Part shown: in pieces, positions 24,909-34,830 of the stretch
Numbering within the stretch: the stretch's first letter is position 1
Layout of the letters: each line of letters starts with the position of its first letter
Assembly: GCA_031277075.1 (NCBI GenBank)
Contig: JAISLV010000032.1
Location: 1-36,758, forward strand
Direction of reading: 5' to 3'
DNA from: Endomicrobium sp.
GTDB lineage: Bacteria; Elusimicrobiota; Endomicrobiia; Endomicrobiales; Endomicrobiaceae
DNA: 36,758 bases
Translations under genes and position numbers: made by a program
Notes under the pieces: generated by a model
Databases searched by the model: none
What the model saw: the letters and a program-made list of their open reading frames with translations, nothing else
What the model was told of the DNA's origin: nothing

Positions 24909-25976
24909 TTATTGATACGCCGCTGAAGTTAAAATTTCGCAAGCGTTTTCATTTATTAATACAGTATCTTCAATTCTGACGCCAAACTTGCCTTCAATGT
25001 AGACGCCCGGCTCGGCGGTAACCGTCATACCCGCTAAAAAAACGCCTTCGGCATTAATAGCAAGCGAAGGCATTTCGTGAATTTCTATACCGACCCCATG
25101 ACCGGTTGTATGTATGAAATTGTCTTTATATCCGTAAGAATTTATTATGTCTCTTGCGGCTTTATCGGCGCAAGATATTGCCGTTCCAGCTTTTATTTGC
25201 TTTATCGCCGCATTTTGGGCTTCTTTTACTATATCCCAAATTCTTTTAAATTCAACGTTTATTCTACCTAAATAAAAAGTTCGCGTCAAGTCTGAGGCAT
25301 ACCCGTTATAAAAGCAGCCTATATCAAGCATTACCGCGTCGTTTTCGGCGATTTTATAATTTGAACTTGCATGGTGCGGATTTGCGGCGTTTATCCCAGC
25401 GGCGACAATAGGCGTAAAACTTTCTTTTACTTTCCTTTTGGCAAAAAGTTCAAGTATGCGGTAATGAACGTCAAGCTCGGTTAAACCTGCTTTGAGTTCT
25501 AATTTTATTTCATTGCAAACTTCAGACGCTATGCGGCAAGACTGTCTAAGATTTTCAATTTCAAAAACAGATTTTACAATTCTTAAATCGTCTAAAACGC
25601 CCATTTTTGCGCTTAGCTCTATTCCTTCCGCTTTTAATCTGTTTTCAAACAAAAGAAAATCCGCCGCCGTCATATATTTTGGGTCTGCTATTATTTTTTT
25701 TACATCTCCGCTCAACGCGCGCGCTTCGACAGCCGCTTTGCTAAAAGACGCGCCTGTAATAATTTTGTATTTGTCTTTAAAAAATTCCTTGACCTGATTT
25801 TCAATCATTTTTGAACATATAATATAGATGCCGCCGTTTAAAATCAAAATCCAAAACCCGTCAAAAGACGCGCCCGTAAGATAAAACGTTTCAACTTTAT
25901 TTGCGAACAAAAAATTTTCAGTCCCGTATTTTGCAATAAGTTTTTGGATTTTGTTTTTCATTTTCCGCTCCGCCAA
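24909..25976 (-). CDS. pepP: M24-family Xaa-Pro aminopeptidase/dipeptidase
   Basis: 355 aa. Metal-ligand pattern is DIGCFYNGYASDLTRT, HGVGIEIHE and EPGVY..FGVRIED. It occupies the classical position upstream of efp. Confidence 0.85.
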   Translation of the reverse strand: MAERKMKNKIQKLIAKYGTENFLFANKVETFYLTGASFDGFWILILNGGIYIICSKMIENQVKEFFKDKYKIITGASFSKAAVEARALSGDVKKIIADPKYMTAADFLLFENRLKAEGIELSAKMGVLDDLRIVKSVFEIENLRQSCRIASEVCNEIKLELKAGLTELDVHYRILELFAKRKVKESFTPIVAAGINAANPHHASSNYKIAENDAVMLDIGCFYNGYASDLTRTFYLGRINVEFKRIWDIVKEAQNAAIKQIKAGTAISCADKAARDIINSYGYKDNFIHTTGHGVGIEIHEMPSLAINAEGVFLAGMTVTAEPGVYIEGKFGVRIEDTVLINENACEILTSAAYQ

Positions 25977-25997
25977 TCCTCGCCGAAAAAATTACGC

Positions 25998-26026
25998 TTG
26001 ACTTTTATCTTAGTATTTTATTAAAT
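25998..26026 (+). promoter_or_regulatory. Candidate csp promoter with a long 5' UTR
   Basis: TTGACT (25998-26003), a 17-nt spacer, then TTAAAT (26021-26026). This leaves a leader of about 85 nt before the SD AAGGAG, as is typical for cold-shock genes. Confidence 0.4.
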
Positions 26027-26116
26027 AATAAAGCAAACTTCAAAAGTTTATATTTTAGAAGTTTAGCTAAATTAGTATCCGCAAATAGCGGATAGAAAAA
26101 CAAGGAGTTGCAGCAA

Positions 26117-26323
26117 ATGGCACAAGGTAAAGTTAAGTGGTTTAACGACCAAAAAGGTTACGGATTCATTTCTAACGATGATGGATCAGGAGACGTATTT
26201 GCGCATTATTCGGCTATTCAGTCCGATGGGTTCAAATCGTTGGCAGAAGGCGACAGCGTTGAATTTGAAGTTGTGAATTCAGACAAAGGTCCCAAGGCAG
26301 CCAACATAAAGAAAATTTCCTAA
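26117..26323 (+). CDS. cspA: Cold-shock protein (CspA family)
   Basis: [18 protein letters not shown] (RNP1) and DVFAHYS (RNP2). The ATG at 26117 sits 9 nt after AAGGAG. The track start at 26108 is a TTG. Confidence 0.93.
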   Translation: MAQGKVKWFNDQKGYGFISNDDGSGDVFAHYSAIQSDGFKSLAEGDSVEFEVVNSDKGPKAANIKKIS

Positions 26324-26338
26324 ACCAAAAAACAAAAA

Positions 26339-26372
26339 CCCCCGAAGACTTCGGTCTTCGGGGGTTTTTTTA
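26339..26372 (+). terminator. Rho-independent terminator of csp
   Basis: CCCCCGAAGAC-TTCG-GTCTTCGGGGG followed by T8. Confidence 0.85.
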
Positions 26373-26593
26373 TTTTTAAGCCCTCGCGTCTTGCGCAAAA
26401 GTATTGGGCGAGGGAGTTGCCTGTCGCGTGTAAATCTTTTTCGTTAAGTAAAAAGGCTTTTCTTTGGGCGTTTCTAAAAATCTAATAAATACCTATTTCT
26501 TTAAAAGCGGCGGCGCATATTATCAAAATAAGCGATAATGCCAATGCGGTTGGTCGGTCATAGTTTTTGAAATGGTCAATGCGCGCATATCGT

Positions 26594-26938
26594 TTAATCA
26601 AGCCTTTTTATGTCGTTTTCGTCTAAAATATTTCCTTGCTGGGTTTCCGTCAATATCGCCGTTTTCTTTCCTTTGTTAAACAATTTGTGCTTGTTTCCTT
26701 TCTTTATATATATGTAATCGTTTTCCGCAAGTTTATGCGTTTTTCCGTCAAGTTCAACTACTATTCTTCCCTGAACAACTATCCAGTGTTCCGCTCGGTA
26801 TTTATGGGTCTGAAGCGACGTGCATTTTCCCGGCAAGACGGTTAAAGTTTTAATAGTAAATTTTTCAGCGGTATGTATAACTTTGTATTCGCCCCATTGA
26901 CGTTTTACTAAAGCCCCTTTTCTGTAAGCGTTAGACAT
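26594..26938 (-). CDS. Small cupin-domain protein (mannose-6-phosphate isomerase type II C-terminal-like)
   Basis: Starts at ATG 26938 (MSNAYRKGALVKRQWGEYKV..). Cupin motifs are SLQTHKYRAEHWIVVQG and YIYIKKGNKHKLFN. The upstream 34 codons of the track ORF are repeat DNA. Confidence 0.7.
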   Translation of the reverse strand: MSNAYRKGALVKRQWGEYKVIHTAEKFTIKTLTVLPGKCTSLQTHKYRAEHWIVVQGRIVVELDGKTHKLAENDYIYIKKGNKHKLFNKGKKTAILTETQQGNILDENDIKRLD

Positions 26939-26966
26939 TTTAACCCCTATAATGAATGATTTAAAA

Positions 26967-27030
26967 GGCAGCTGAGCGGCTGAGCAAAAACGACAACGCT
27001 GAAAGAACCGCTGAAATAAATTCAAGTCTG
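26967..27030. repeat. Family-1 modular repeat, short copy
   Basis: GGCAGCTGAGCGGCTGAGCAAAAACGACAACGCTGAAAGAACCGCTGAAATAAATTCAAG. Confidence 0.5.
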
Positions 27031-27078
27031 CGCCGCGCAATTATTTTCGTCAACTCGGGCGCCGAGCATTGTCGGCAA

Positions 27079-27675
27079 TTATTTTTCCGCTTCGTAACCT
27101 ATAGATTGTATCATCAAAACTTCGTAATTTTTCGGCAGCGGGAGCTTTCCTTTTAGCGCGTCTTTTCCGCTTGCTTTTACCACGTTAGCAAGCCCTGCAG
27201 ACGCGCAGTAAAGACCTGCGTTTTGGTAAAGCGAACCCACGTGCATACCTGCGAAATCGTCTTTAATATCTGCGGCGTATAAAAGCGTTACGCCCGCAGG
27301 AGTATATTTGCTTCTTTCGTCCGAATTCATAGCTTGAACAAGTTCGTTTTTAACGCCGTCGTAAAGCCATACTCCGTCTGCAAGAACGGCGTAGACTTCA
27401 ACTTTTTGACTGTTTCTTCCCGTAGGGGCGGTGCGTCTGCCGTCGGAACGGTTTGCTCCCCAAACAGCCCATAAAAGATTTGAAAGTTCTTGAGCGGAAA
27501 GAGTTTTAGCGCTGATATTTCTTTGGCTATGCCTTAAATTCAGAGCTTCCATAAGCGGTTTCCCGCCGATTTTGTCGGGTTGAGGAAGAGAAACGGTTTT
27601 CTGTTGCGCCGCAAAACTTGTCCCGCAAGAAAAAATAAAAACCGAGCAAATCAAAATTCTAAACGCTTTAAACAT
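27079..27675 (-). CDS. Nitroreductase-family (SagB/ThcOx-like) protein with an N-terminal signal peptide
   Basis: Starts at ATG 27675 (SD AAAGGAGA). The signal peptide is MFKAFRILICSVFIFSCGTSFAAQQ. Family-typical motifs are LRHSQRN, LSNLLWAVWGANR and GRRTAPTGRN. Confidence 0.65.
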   Translation of the reverse strand: MFKAFRILICSVFIFSCGTSFAAQQKTVSLPQPDKIGGKPLMEALNLRHSQRNISAKTLSAQELSNLLWAVWGANRSDGRRTAPTGRNSQKVEVYAVLADGVWLYDGVKNELVQAMNSDERSKYTPAGVTLLYAADIKDDFAGMHVGSLYQNAGLYCASAGLANVVKASGKDALKGKLPLPKNYEVLMIQSIGYEAEK

Positions 27676-27699
27676 AAAAAATCTCCTTTTGAAGAAATA

Positions 27700-27782
27700 G
27701 CGGCTAATCATCTAGGCTGGGCGGCTAAGCAACGACAACGGCTAACGGCAAGGGCAGACCCTGAAATAAATTCAGGGTGACT
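27700..27782. repeat. Family-1 modular repeat, short copy
   Basis: Contains CGGCTAATCATCTAGGCTGGGCGGCTAAGCAACGACAACGGCTAACGGCAAGGGCAG and the hairpin ACCCTGAAataaaTTCAGGGT (27758-27778). Confidence 0.65.
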
Positions 27783-27802
27783 GACAGGGAGCGCAATTTG
27801 AT

Positions 27803-27885
27803 GTCTTGCAAAAACCTATAATTGGGCGTCTCTAAAAACCATAACGCCCGTCCTTGCCGCGCCTTTTGCGGCATTTCTGCATCCA
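27803..27885. mobile_element. Family-2 MITE, rearranged/truncated copy C
   Basis: GTCTTGCAAAAACCTATAAT (an inverted outer end) is directly joined to GGGCGTCTCTAAAAACCATAACGCCCGTCCTTGCCGCGCCTT..GCGGCATTTCTGCATC. Confidence 0.55.
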
Positions 27886-27890
27886 TACAT

Positions 27891-28502
27891 CTATATTGTC
27901 TCCCGTTTTTTCACTCCCAATACAGCCGACACGGATTTTTCGGGTTTCATCAAATAGGCGTTTGTCAGACTCACCCCTATTTTATCTGCGGAAAGTTTGC
28001 TTAGAAACTCTTTTTGACTTTCAATAGCCCAGTCGCCGTACCCCGGGGAATAACGCTTTGTGATAATATTACCGTTTTTTTCTTCGTACTCTTTAATTTG
28101 CTTGTTTGCCGAACTTATCGTTTCTTCAGCAGCTATAGACCCCGCCGCGTCAAAAATCAAAGCCCTGAAAGTTTCTTTTTCTTTAATAAAATAATCCCTC
28201 TGTTTTTCTAGCGCGTCGCATATTGTTACGACTATCCCGTAAAATTTAAAGCAATTTTCAAATAGCTTTGCGACGTCTTTGCTTTGAATTTTAAAACCGT
28301 TTTTGGATACGACTTCGCCGCGTTTTACCATTATGTCGTCAAAGATTATAGAAATTTTAGGTTTTATAAGTTTTTGCGCTAAAGACAAGTTTTCTTTGAT
28401 GAGAGTTTCGGTTTTTGCGTCAATTTTAGTTGAAAGCCGCCAATAACCAAGCCTTACCAAAACGGTTTCATAATTTATTTTTATATTTGCAACGTTTATC
28501 AT
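27891..28502 (-). CDS. Stand-alone methionine-synthase activation-domain-like (SAM-binding) protein
   Basis: 203 aa. The C-terminal pattern RYSPGYGDWAIESQKEFLSKL..IGVSLTNAYLMKPEKSVSAVLGV matches the MetH reactivation domain signature (RxSPGYGDW...M.P.KS). Confidence 0.6.
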   Translation of the reverse strand: MINVANIKINYETVLVRLGYWRLSTKIDAKTETLIKENLSLAQKLIKPKISIIFDDIMVKRGEVVSKNGFKIQSKDVAKLFENCFKFYGIVVTICDALEKQRDYFIKEKETFRALIFDAAGSIAAEETISSANKQIKEYEEKNGNIITKRYSPGYGDWAIESQKEFLSKLSADKIGVSLTNAYLMKPEKSVSAVLGVKKRETI

Positions 28503-28662
28503 GACAATATTCTACAAAATAAATTTAAAATAAAAAATGTAGGCGAAAATGCGGCGCGCTAACGCAAAAAACGACGCAGAAACGCGGCAACTGTCAGCCG
28601 CGTTTAAACTCTGCCTGCGGCTGATTGCCAAATTAAAAAAATTAGTCTGCAAAGAAATCGCG

Positions 28663-30063
28663 CTATAGGGCGTCAAGGCGTTTTGCTATAGATTTAATTA
28701 TTTTTGAAATCTCTGAAACCGTTATGGTAAGAGGCAAAAATAAAACGAGCGTATCGCCCAAATTTCTTATAATAATTCCGTCTTCTCGCATTTGCGCGCA
28801 AATTTTTGCGGCGGTTTTTAATTTGTAATCGTAAACCGCGCCCGTTTTTTTATCTTTGACTATGTCTATGCCCGCCATAACGCCGAGATGTCTGATATTT
28901 CCCACTTTTTGATGATTAGAGAGCGCCGCCAGCCCGTTTTTAAAAAAAGCGATTTTACTTTTAAGTTTTTGTAAAATTTTATCTGTTTTAAAAATATCTA
29001 TCGCTGCGTTTGCCGCGGCGCAGGCAAGGGGATTTGCCGTATAAGAATGTCCGTGAAAAAAAGTTTTAAACTCTTCGTATTTCCCTAAAAAAGCGTTATA
29101 AATTCCGTCAGTAGTTATCGTCGCCGCTAACGGCATATATCCGCCCGTAATTCCTTTGGAAAGACAAATAAAATCGGGCTTTATTTTTGAATATTCTACG
29201 GCAAACATTTCGCCCGTCCTTCCAAAACCCGTAGCCACTTCGTCGGCTATCAAAAGCGTATTGTATTTTTTGCATAGATTTGCATACTCGGCGGCGTATC
29301 CCGCAGGCATTATAATCATTCCCGCCGCCGCTTGATTTTCAGGCTCAATAATTGCCGCCGCAATATTTTTGCCGTTTTTTTTGAGTATGTCTTCAGCTTT
29401 TTTGACGCATTGCCCGCCGCATCCTGCAATTTTGCAATGTTCTTTAAAGTTTTTTGCTTTGTTTAAAAACGGAATTTCATTTTTGCGCGCAAAACATTTA
29501 CGGCAAAACGGCGACGGCGCAAAATGCGCTTTGAAAAGCAAATCTTTAAAACTTTTATGAAATAAATCCGTCCCGCCTACCGATACCGCGCCGACGGTAT
29601 CGCCGTGATAGGCGTTGCGCAGCGATAAAAAAGACGTCCGCCGCTCGCCTTTAAAGCGCCAAAACTGATAAGCCATTTTTAAAGCTATTTCTACGGCGGT
29701 AGAACCGTTGTCGGAATAAAAAACTTTTTTTAAATGTTTAGGCAGAATTGAAAGCAGCTTTTGCGACAATTCTATAGCGGGTATATGAGTAAGCCCCAAA
29801 AAAGTAGAGTGAGAAACTTTTGCAAGCTGCTTTTTTACAGCCGCGTCAATTTTAGGGTTTCTATGCCCCAAATTATTCACCCATAGAGACGAAACTCCGT
29901 CTAAATATTTTCTGCCGTAAATATCGTATAGATAAGAGCCTTTCGCTCTTTCAATTATTAACGGCTCGCAAGGGTCGTCGTTAAGCCAATCGCCCATTTG
30001 AGTGAACGGATGCCATATATTTTTTTTATCTAGCTCAATTAATTTTTTCGCGGTTAATTTCAT
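28663..30063 (-). CDS. bioA: Adenosylmethionine-8-amino-7-oxononanoate aminotransferase
   Basis: 466 aa. IWHPFTQM, class-III aminotransferase motifs, DEVATGFGRTGEMFA and the PLP-Lys context CLSKGITGGY. SD is AAAGGA. Confidence 0.9.
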   Translation of the reverse strand: MKLTAKKLIELDKKNIWHPFTQMGDWLNDDPCEPLIIERAKGSYLYDIYGRKYLDGVSSLWVNNLGHRNPKIDAAVKKQLAKVSHSTFLGLTHIPAIELSQKLLSILPKHLKKVFYSDNGSTAVEIALKMAYQFWRFKGERRTSFLSLRNAYHGDTVGAVSVGGTDLFHKSFKDLLFKAHFAPSPFCRKCFARKNEIPFLNKAKNFKEHCKIAGCGGQCVKKAEDILKKNGKNIAAAIIEPENQAAAGMIIMPAGYAAEYANLCKKYNTLLIADEVATGFGRTGEMFAVEYSKIKPDFICLSKGITGGYMPLAATITTDGIYNAFLGKYEEFKTFFHGHSYTANPLACAAANAAIDIFKTDKILQKLKSKIAFFKNGLAALSNHQKVGNIRHLGVMAGIDIVKDKKTGAVYDYKLKTAAKICAQMREDGIIIRNLGDTLVLFLPLTITVSEISKIIKSIAKRLDAL

Positions 30064-30076
30064 AGCAAATCCTTTT

Positions 30077-30195
30077 TGGCGTCTCTAAAAACATATAATG
30101 TTCGTAATTGCCGCAAATTTTACGGCGGTTCAAAGAAGAAAATGCAAGCCGCGTCCTAAGAGCAAGGACGGGCGTTAGGGTTTTTAGAGACGCCC
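30077..30195. mobile_element. Family-2 MITE, internally deleted copy D (119 bp)
   Basis: Runs GGCGTCTCTAAAAACATATAATGTTCGTAATTGCCGCAAATTTTACGG...GGGCGTTAGGGTTTTTAGAGACGCCC. It is colinear with copy A except for a ~60-bp internal deletion at the CAAGGACGG direct repeat. It ends 13 nt upstream of the bioA ATG. Confidence 0.65.
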
Positions 30196-30243
30196 TTTAT
30201 AAAACGACGGCAAAAAACAAAATGCGGCTAAGCGTCAACGGCG

Positions 30244-32117
<1,874 letters not shown>

Positions 32118-32218
32118 TATTTTCTCTTACCGACAATCGCAAGCGGCAATACAAACCCTAGCGCAAGAAACCGCCGCCGTTTGCCTTTTTCCGTCAATTC
32201 CGCTTTATTTCTATCTAT

Positions 32219-32398
32219 GGGCGTCTCTAAAAACCCTAAAGCCCGTCCGAGCCTGCGCCTTGAGAGATATTGTCTCTGCGGCATTTCTTCATCAGAAAAT
32301 TTGTCCGTCTTTGCTCTTAGGACGCCCTTCATTGTCTTCTTTGCCCTGCCGCAAAATTTGCGGCAATTACGAACATTATAGGTTTTTGCAAGACGCCC
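32219..32398. mobile_element. Family-2 MITE, full-length copy E (opposite orientation to copy A)
   Basis: GGGCGTCTCTAAAAACCCTAAAGCCCGTCC...GCAATTACGAACATTATAGGTTTTTGCAAGACGCCC. It aligns end to end with the reverse complement of copy A. It lies about 100 nt upstream of the bioF ATG. Confidence 0.65.
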
Positions 32399-32454
32399 AT
32401 TGCGCTTTTATTTAGCGTTCTTGTTTGTCAGACGCTACAGGGCAGGCGCGTTTT

Positions 32455-32525
32455 TAGTATCTGCCGTTATAGCGTTTAACAGCAGATTCTTCAAAAGACC
32501 CTGAAATAAATTTAGGGCGAGTTTC
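32455..32525. repeat. Family-1 modular repeat, short copy
   Basis: TTAACAGCAGATTCTTCAAAAG plus the degenerate hairpin ACCCTGAAataaaTTTAGGGC (32498-32518). Confidence 0.5.
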
Positions 32526-32614
32526 ACATCGGTTTTGAGCGGCGTTTTGCGTCTGGTTTAAATGTCATCACAAACAAAGCCGATACAGATTTCAGCCTGT
32601 CTTAAAACGACGGA

Positions 32615-33574
32615 TTAATATCCGCTGGCTTTTATTACTTCTTTAACTTTTTTGGCGGAATTTTGAAGGGCTTCCAATTCTTTTTCGTTGAAATCTATAG
32701 CAAGCGTTTGGCGAATGCCGAATTTATGCGTTACTGCGGGAACGCTCAAATAAATATCGCTGACGCCGCAATAATTTGTCAGCAAAGAAGAAACGGGCAA
32801 AACGGTATTTTCGTCTTTAAGGATAGAGCTTGATATTTTTGTAAGGGCAAGTCCTATGCCGTAAGACGTTTCGCCTTTTTTTTCAATAATTTCGTAAGCG
32901 GAATCCCTTACGTCTTCAAAAATTTCCTTGAGTTTAGCTTCTTCGTTTGATAGACAATTTTCTTTATCGCAAACTTTACAATAATCTTTAAAGAATACGC
33001 CGCCTATCATAGCTTTGCTCCACACGGGAAATTCGCTGTCGCCATGCTCGCCAAGAATAAAAGCGTGTATGCTCCTTGTGTCCACATTGCAATGCCTGCC
33101 TATAAGATACCTAAAGCGCGCGGAATCTAAAACCGTGCCAGAACCTATAACTTCGTTTGCCGGTTTGCCTGAAATTTTATAGACGATATAAGACAAAATA
33201 TCCACAGGATTTGACGCGACCAAAATTACCGCTTTAGGCGAATATTTTACAATTTGCGGAACTATGGTTTTTAAAATCTCGGCGTTTCCTTTAACTAAAT
33301 CTATTCTTGTTTCGCCGGGTTTTTGACCTCTGCCTGCGGTAATTACTACTAAATCGGAATTTGCCGCGTCGGAGTAATCGCCCGCGTAAATTCTAACTGG
33401 CGAAACGTAAGGCGCGCCGTGCGACAAATCCATAGCCTCGCCTTCGGCTTTTTTTCTGTTGTAATCTATAAGAACAATTTCGCGCGCAAGCCCTTTTATT
33501 ATCATTGAATAGGCATAGCGCATACCTACGTTGCCGCAGCCTATGATTGAAACTTTTGGCGTAAACGTTTTCAT
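32615..33574 (-). CDS. ldh: L-lactate dehydrogenase
   Basis: Starts at ATG 33574 (SD GAGGAA). Motifs are KVSIIGCGNVG, ITAGRGQKPGETRIDL (Gln at the substrate-specificity position, so LDH rather than MDH), ASNPVD, GTVLDSARFR and GEHGDSE. Confidence 0.85.
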   Translation of the reverse strand: MKTFTPKVSIIGCGNVGMRYAYSMIIKGLAREIVLIDYNRKKAEGEAMDLSHGAPYVSPVRIYAGDYSDAANSDLVVITAGRGQKPGETRIDLVKGNAEILKTIVPQIVKYSPKAVILVASNPVDILSYIVYKISGKPANEVIGSGTVLDSARFRYLIGRHCNVDTRSIHAFILGEHGDSEFPVWSKAMIGGVFFKDYCKVCDKENCLSNEEAKLKEIFEDVRDSAYEIIEKKGETSYGIGLALTKISSSILKDENTVLPVSSLLTNYCGVSDIYLSVPAVTHKFGIRQTLAIDFNEKELEALQNSAKKVKEVIKASGY

Positions 33575-33747
33575 ATTTTTCCTCTGTTTTGTAAAGCGTT
33601 TAAGTTTTTGCGATGTAAAAGCGGGAAAGAAACGAAGCGTATAAAGAAGCAAAACTTCAAATAGGCGTTTTACAAAAGCCAGACAATTTCCATTTTAGGC
33701 ATCGCGGGCGTTATAAAACGCATAGACTAACGCAAACGCAAATTATT

Positions 33748-33834
33748 CGGAGAGGGCGGGATTTGAACCCGCGATACGGTTTCCCGTATATTAGTTTTCG
33801 AGACTAACTCCTTCAACCGCTCGGACACCTCTCC
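33748..33834 (-). tRNA. tRNA-Ser (anticodon CGA)
   Basis: Minus strand: GGAGAGG acceptor stem pairs with CCTCTCC plus discriminator G. The anticodon stem-loop is TTAGT-CTCGAAA-ACTAA. It has a long variable arm (TATACGGGAAACCGTATC) and a T-arm GCGGG-TTCAAAT-CCCGC. CCA is not encoded. Confidence 0.9.
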
Positions 33835-34178
33835 ATTTTAAAGGCAAAACAAAAGCGGAAATTTTAAACGTCGGCGAGAACATTTAAAATATCTGTAAAA
33901 ATCAAAGCTCATAGATTATACAAATATTTTTACCTGCTCTCAAGTTTCCCGCATCTTGTCAAGATGACGCCGAAAGAAGAGTACGTCTTATTGTGTAAAA
34001 TGACAAGCAGAGGAATGTATCGTTTATTGTTTTGTTTTATTTGATTTTAAGTTTGATGTTAGCCATTCTGAATATATTTCTAAACTGCTTTGAGTTTTAA
34101 TTAATCCGTCTAATAGCCATTTAAATTTTCTTATCCCGCCCAATTCCTTTTCATTTTCTTTCCATTGTTTTTCTTCAT

Positions 34179-34577
34179 CTATTTGTTTTTTGTTAATGGC
34201 ATATCTTTTGCTAGCCGAGCCAATGCTTTATCTAGCATGTCTATAAATTTTTGCCGTCCAAACTGTGTGAGACTTTTTTTCTGTAAATTTTTTGCGCAAA
34301 TACTAATGCCCTTAACAAGAGAATGTATTTTGTTAGATATTTCTATTAAATTTTTTAAAGGACGAATATATTTTTTATCTTGCAAAAATAATCTGACATT
34401 AATTTGATTGTTATATACGCTTGTAATAAGACGTTCATTATCTTTCAATATTTTTAGCAAAATTGCATTTTGAGTCTCAATTACTTCTGCCCAGCTTATA
34501 GTATTTTCTTTAAGCAGCTTAATGTAATCTCTATTAAAAGTATCATTACTTATCTCAAGTATCGTAAAAAAAAACAT
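34179..34577 (-). CDS. Hypothetical protein (132 aa from ATG 34577) with an open -1 frame extension to 34024
   Basis: AT-rich ORF with no recognisable family and a predicted helical character. It ends ..PLTKNK* on the heptamer A-AAA-AAC. See the findings for the possible 53-codon extension. Confidence 0.4.
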   Translation of the reverse strand: MFFFTILEISNDTFNRDYIKLLKENTISWAEVIETQNAILLKILKDNERLITSVYNNQINVRLFLQDKKYIRPLKNLIEISNKIHSLVKGISICAKNLQKKSLTQFGRQKFIDMLDKALARLAKDMPLTKNK

Positions 34578-34626
34578 CAACAGTCTTTGCAGCCGATATA
34601 TAAGTATCAGCTATGATTTTTCTTGT

Positions 34627-34761
34627 TTATTCTATATGCTTTTTTTCAAAATATCCCAGTGTTTTTTTAGTGGCATAAACAGCCAATAAAATTCCCAAAA
34701 TACCAACCGTATTGCCGTTTATCCAAGCCAATATATCAATTATTTTATAAAGCGCTGTCAT
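34627..34761 (-). CDS. Hypothetical 44-aa single-TM protein
   Basis: Hand-translated: MTALYKIIDILAWINGNTVGILGILLAVYATKKTLGYFEKKHIE*. It lies between jetD and the 132-aa ORF on the same strand. It is below the track cut-off. Confidence 0.3.
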   Translation of the reverse strand: MTALYKIIDILAWINGNTVGILGILLAVYATKKTLGYFEKKHIE

Positions 34762-34830
34762 TAATGTATCATTTATCCTCTTTTAGATAAATATAAGGCT
34801 CTAAATTTTCTTTTACCCGCATTAGAAAAC

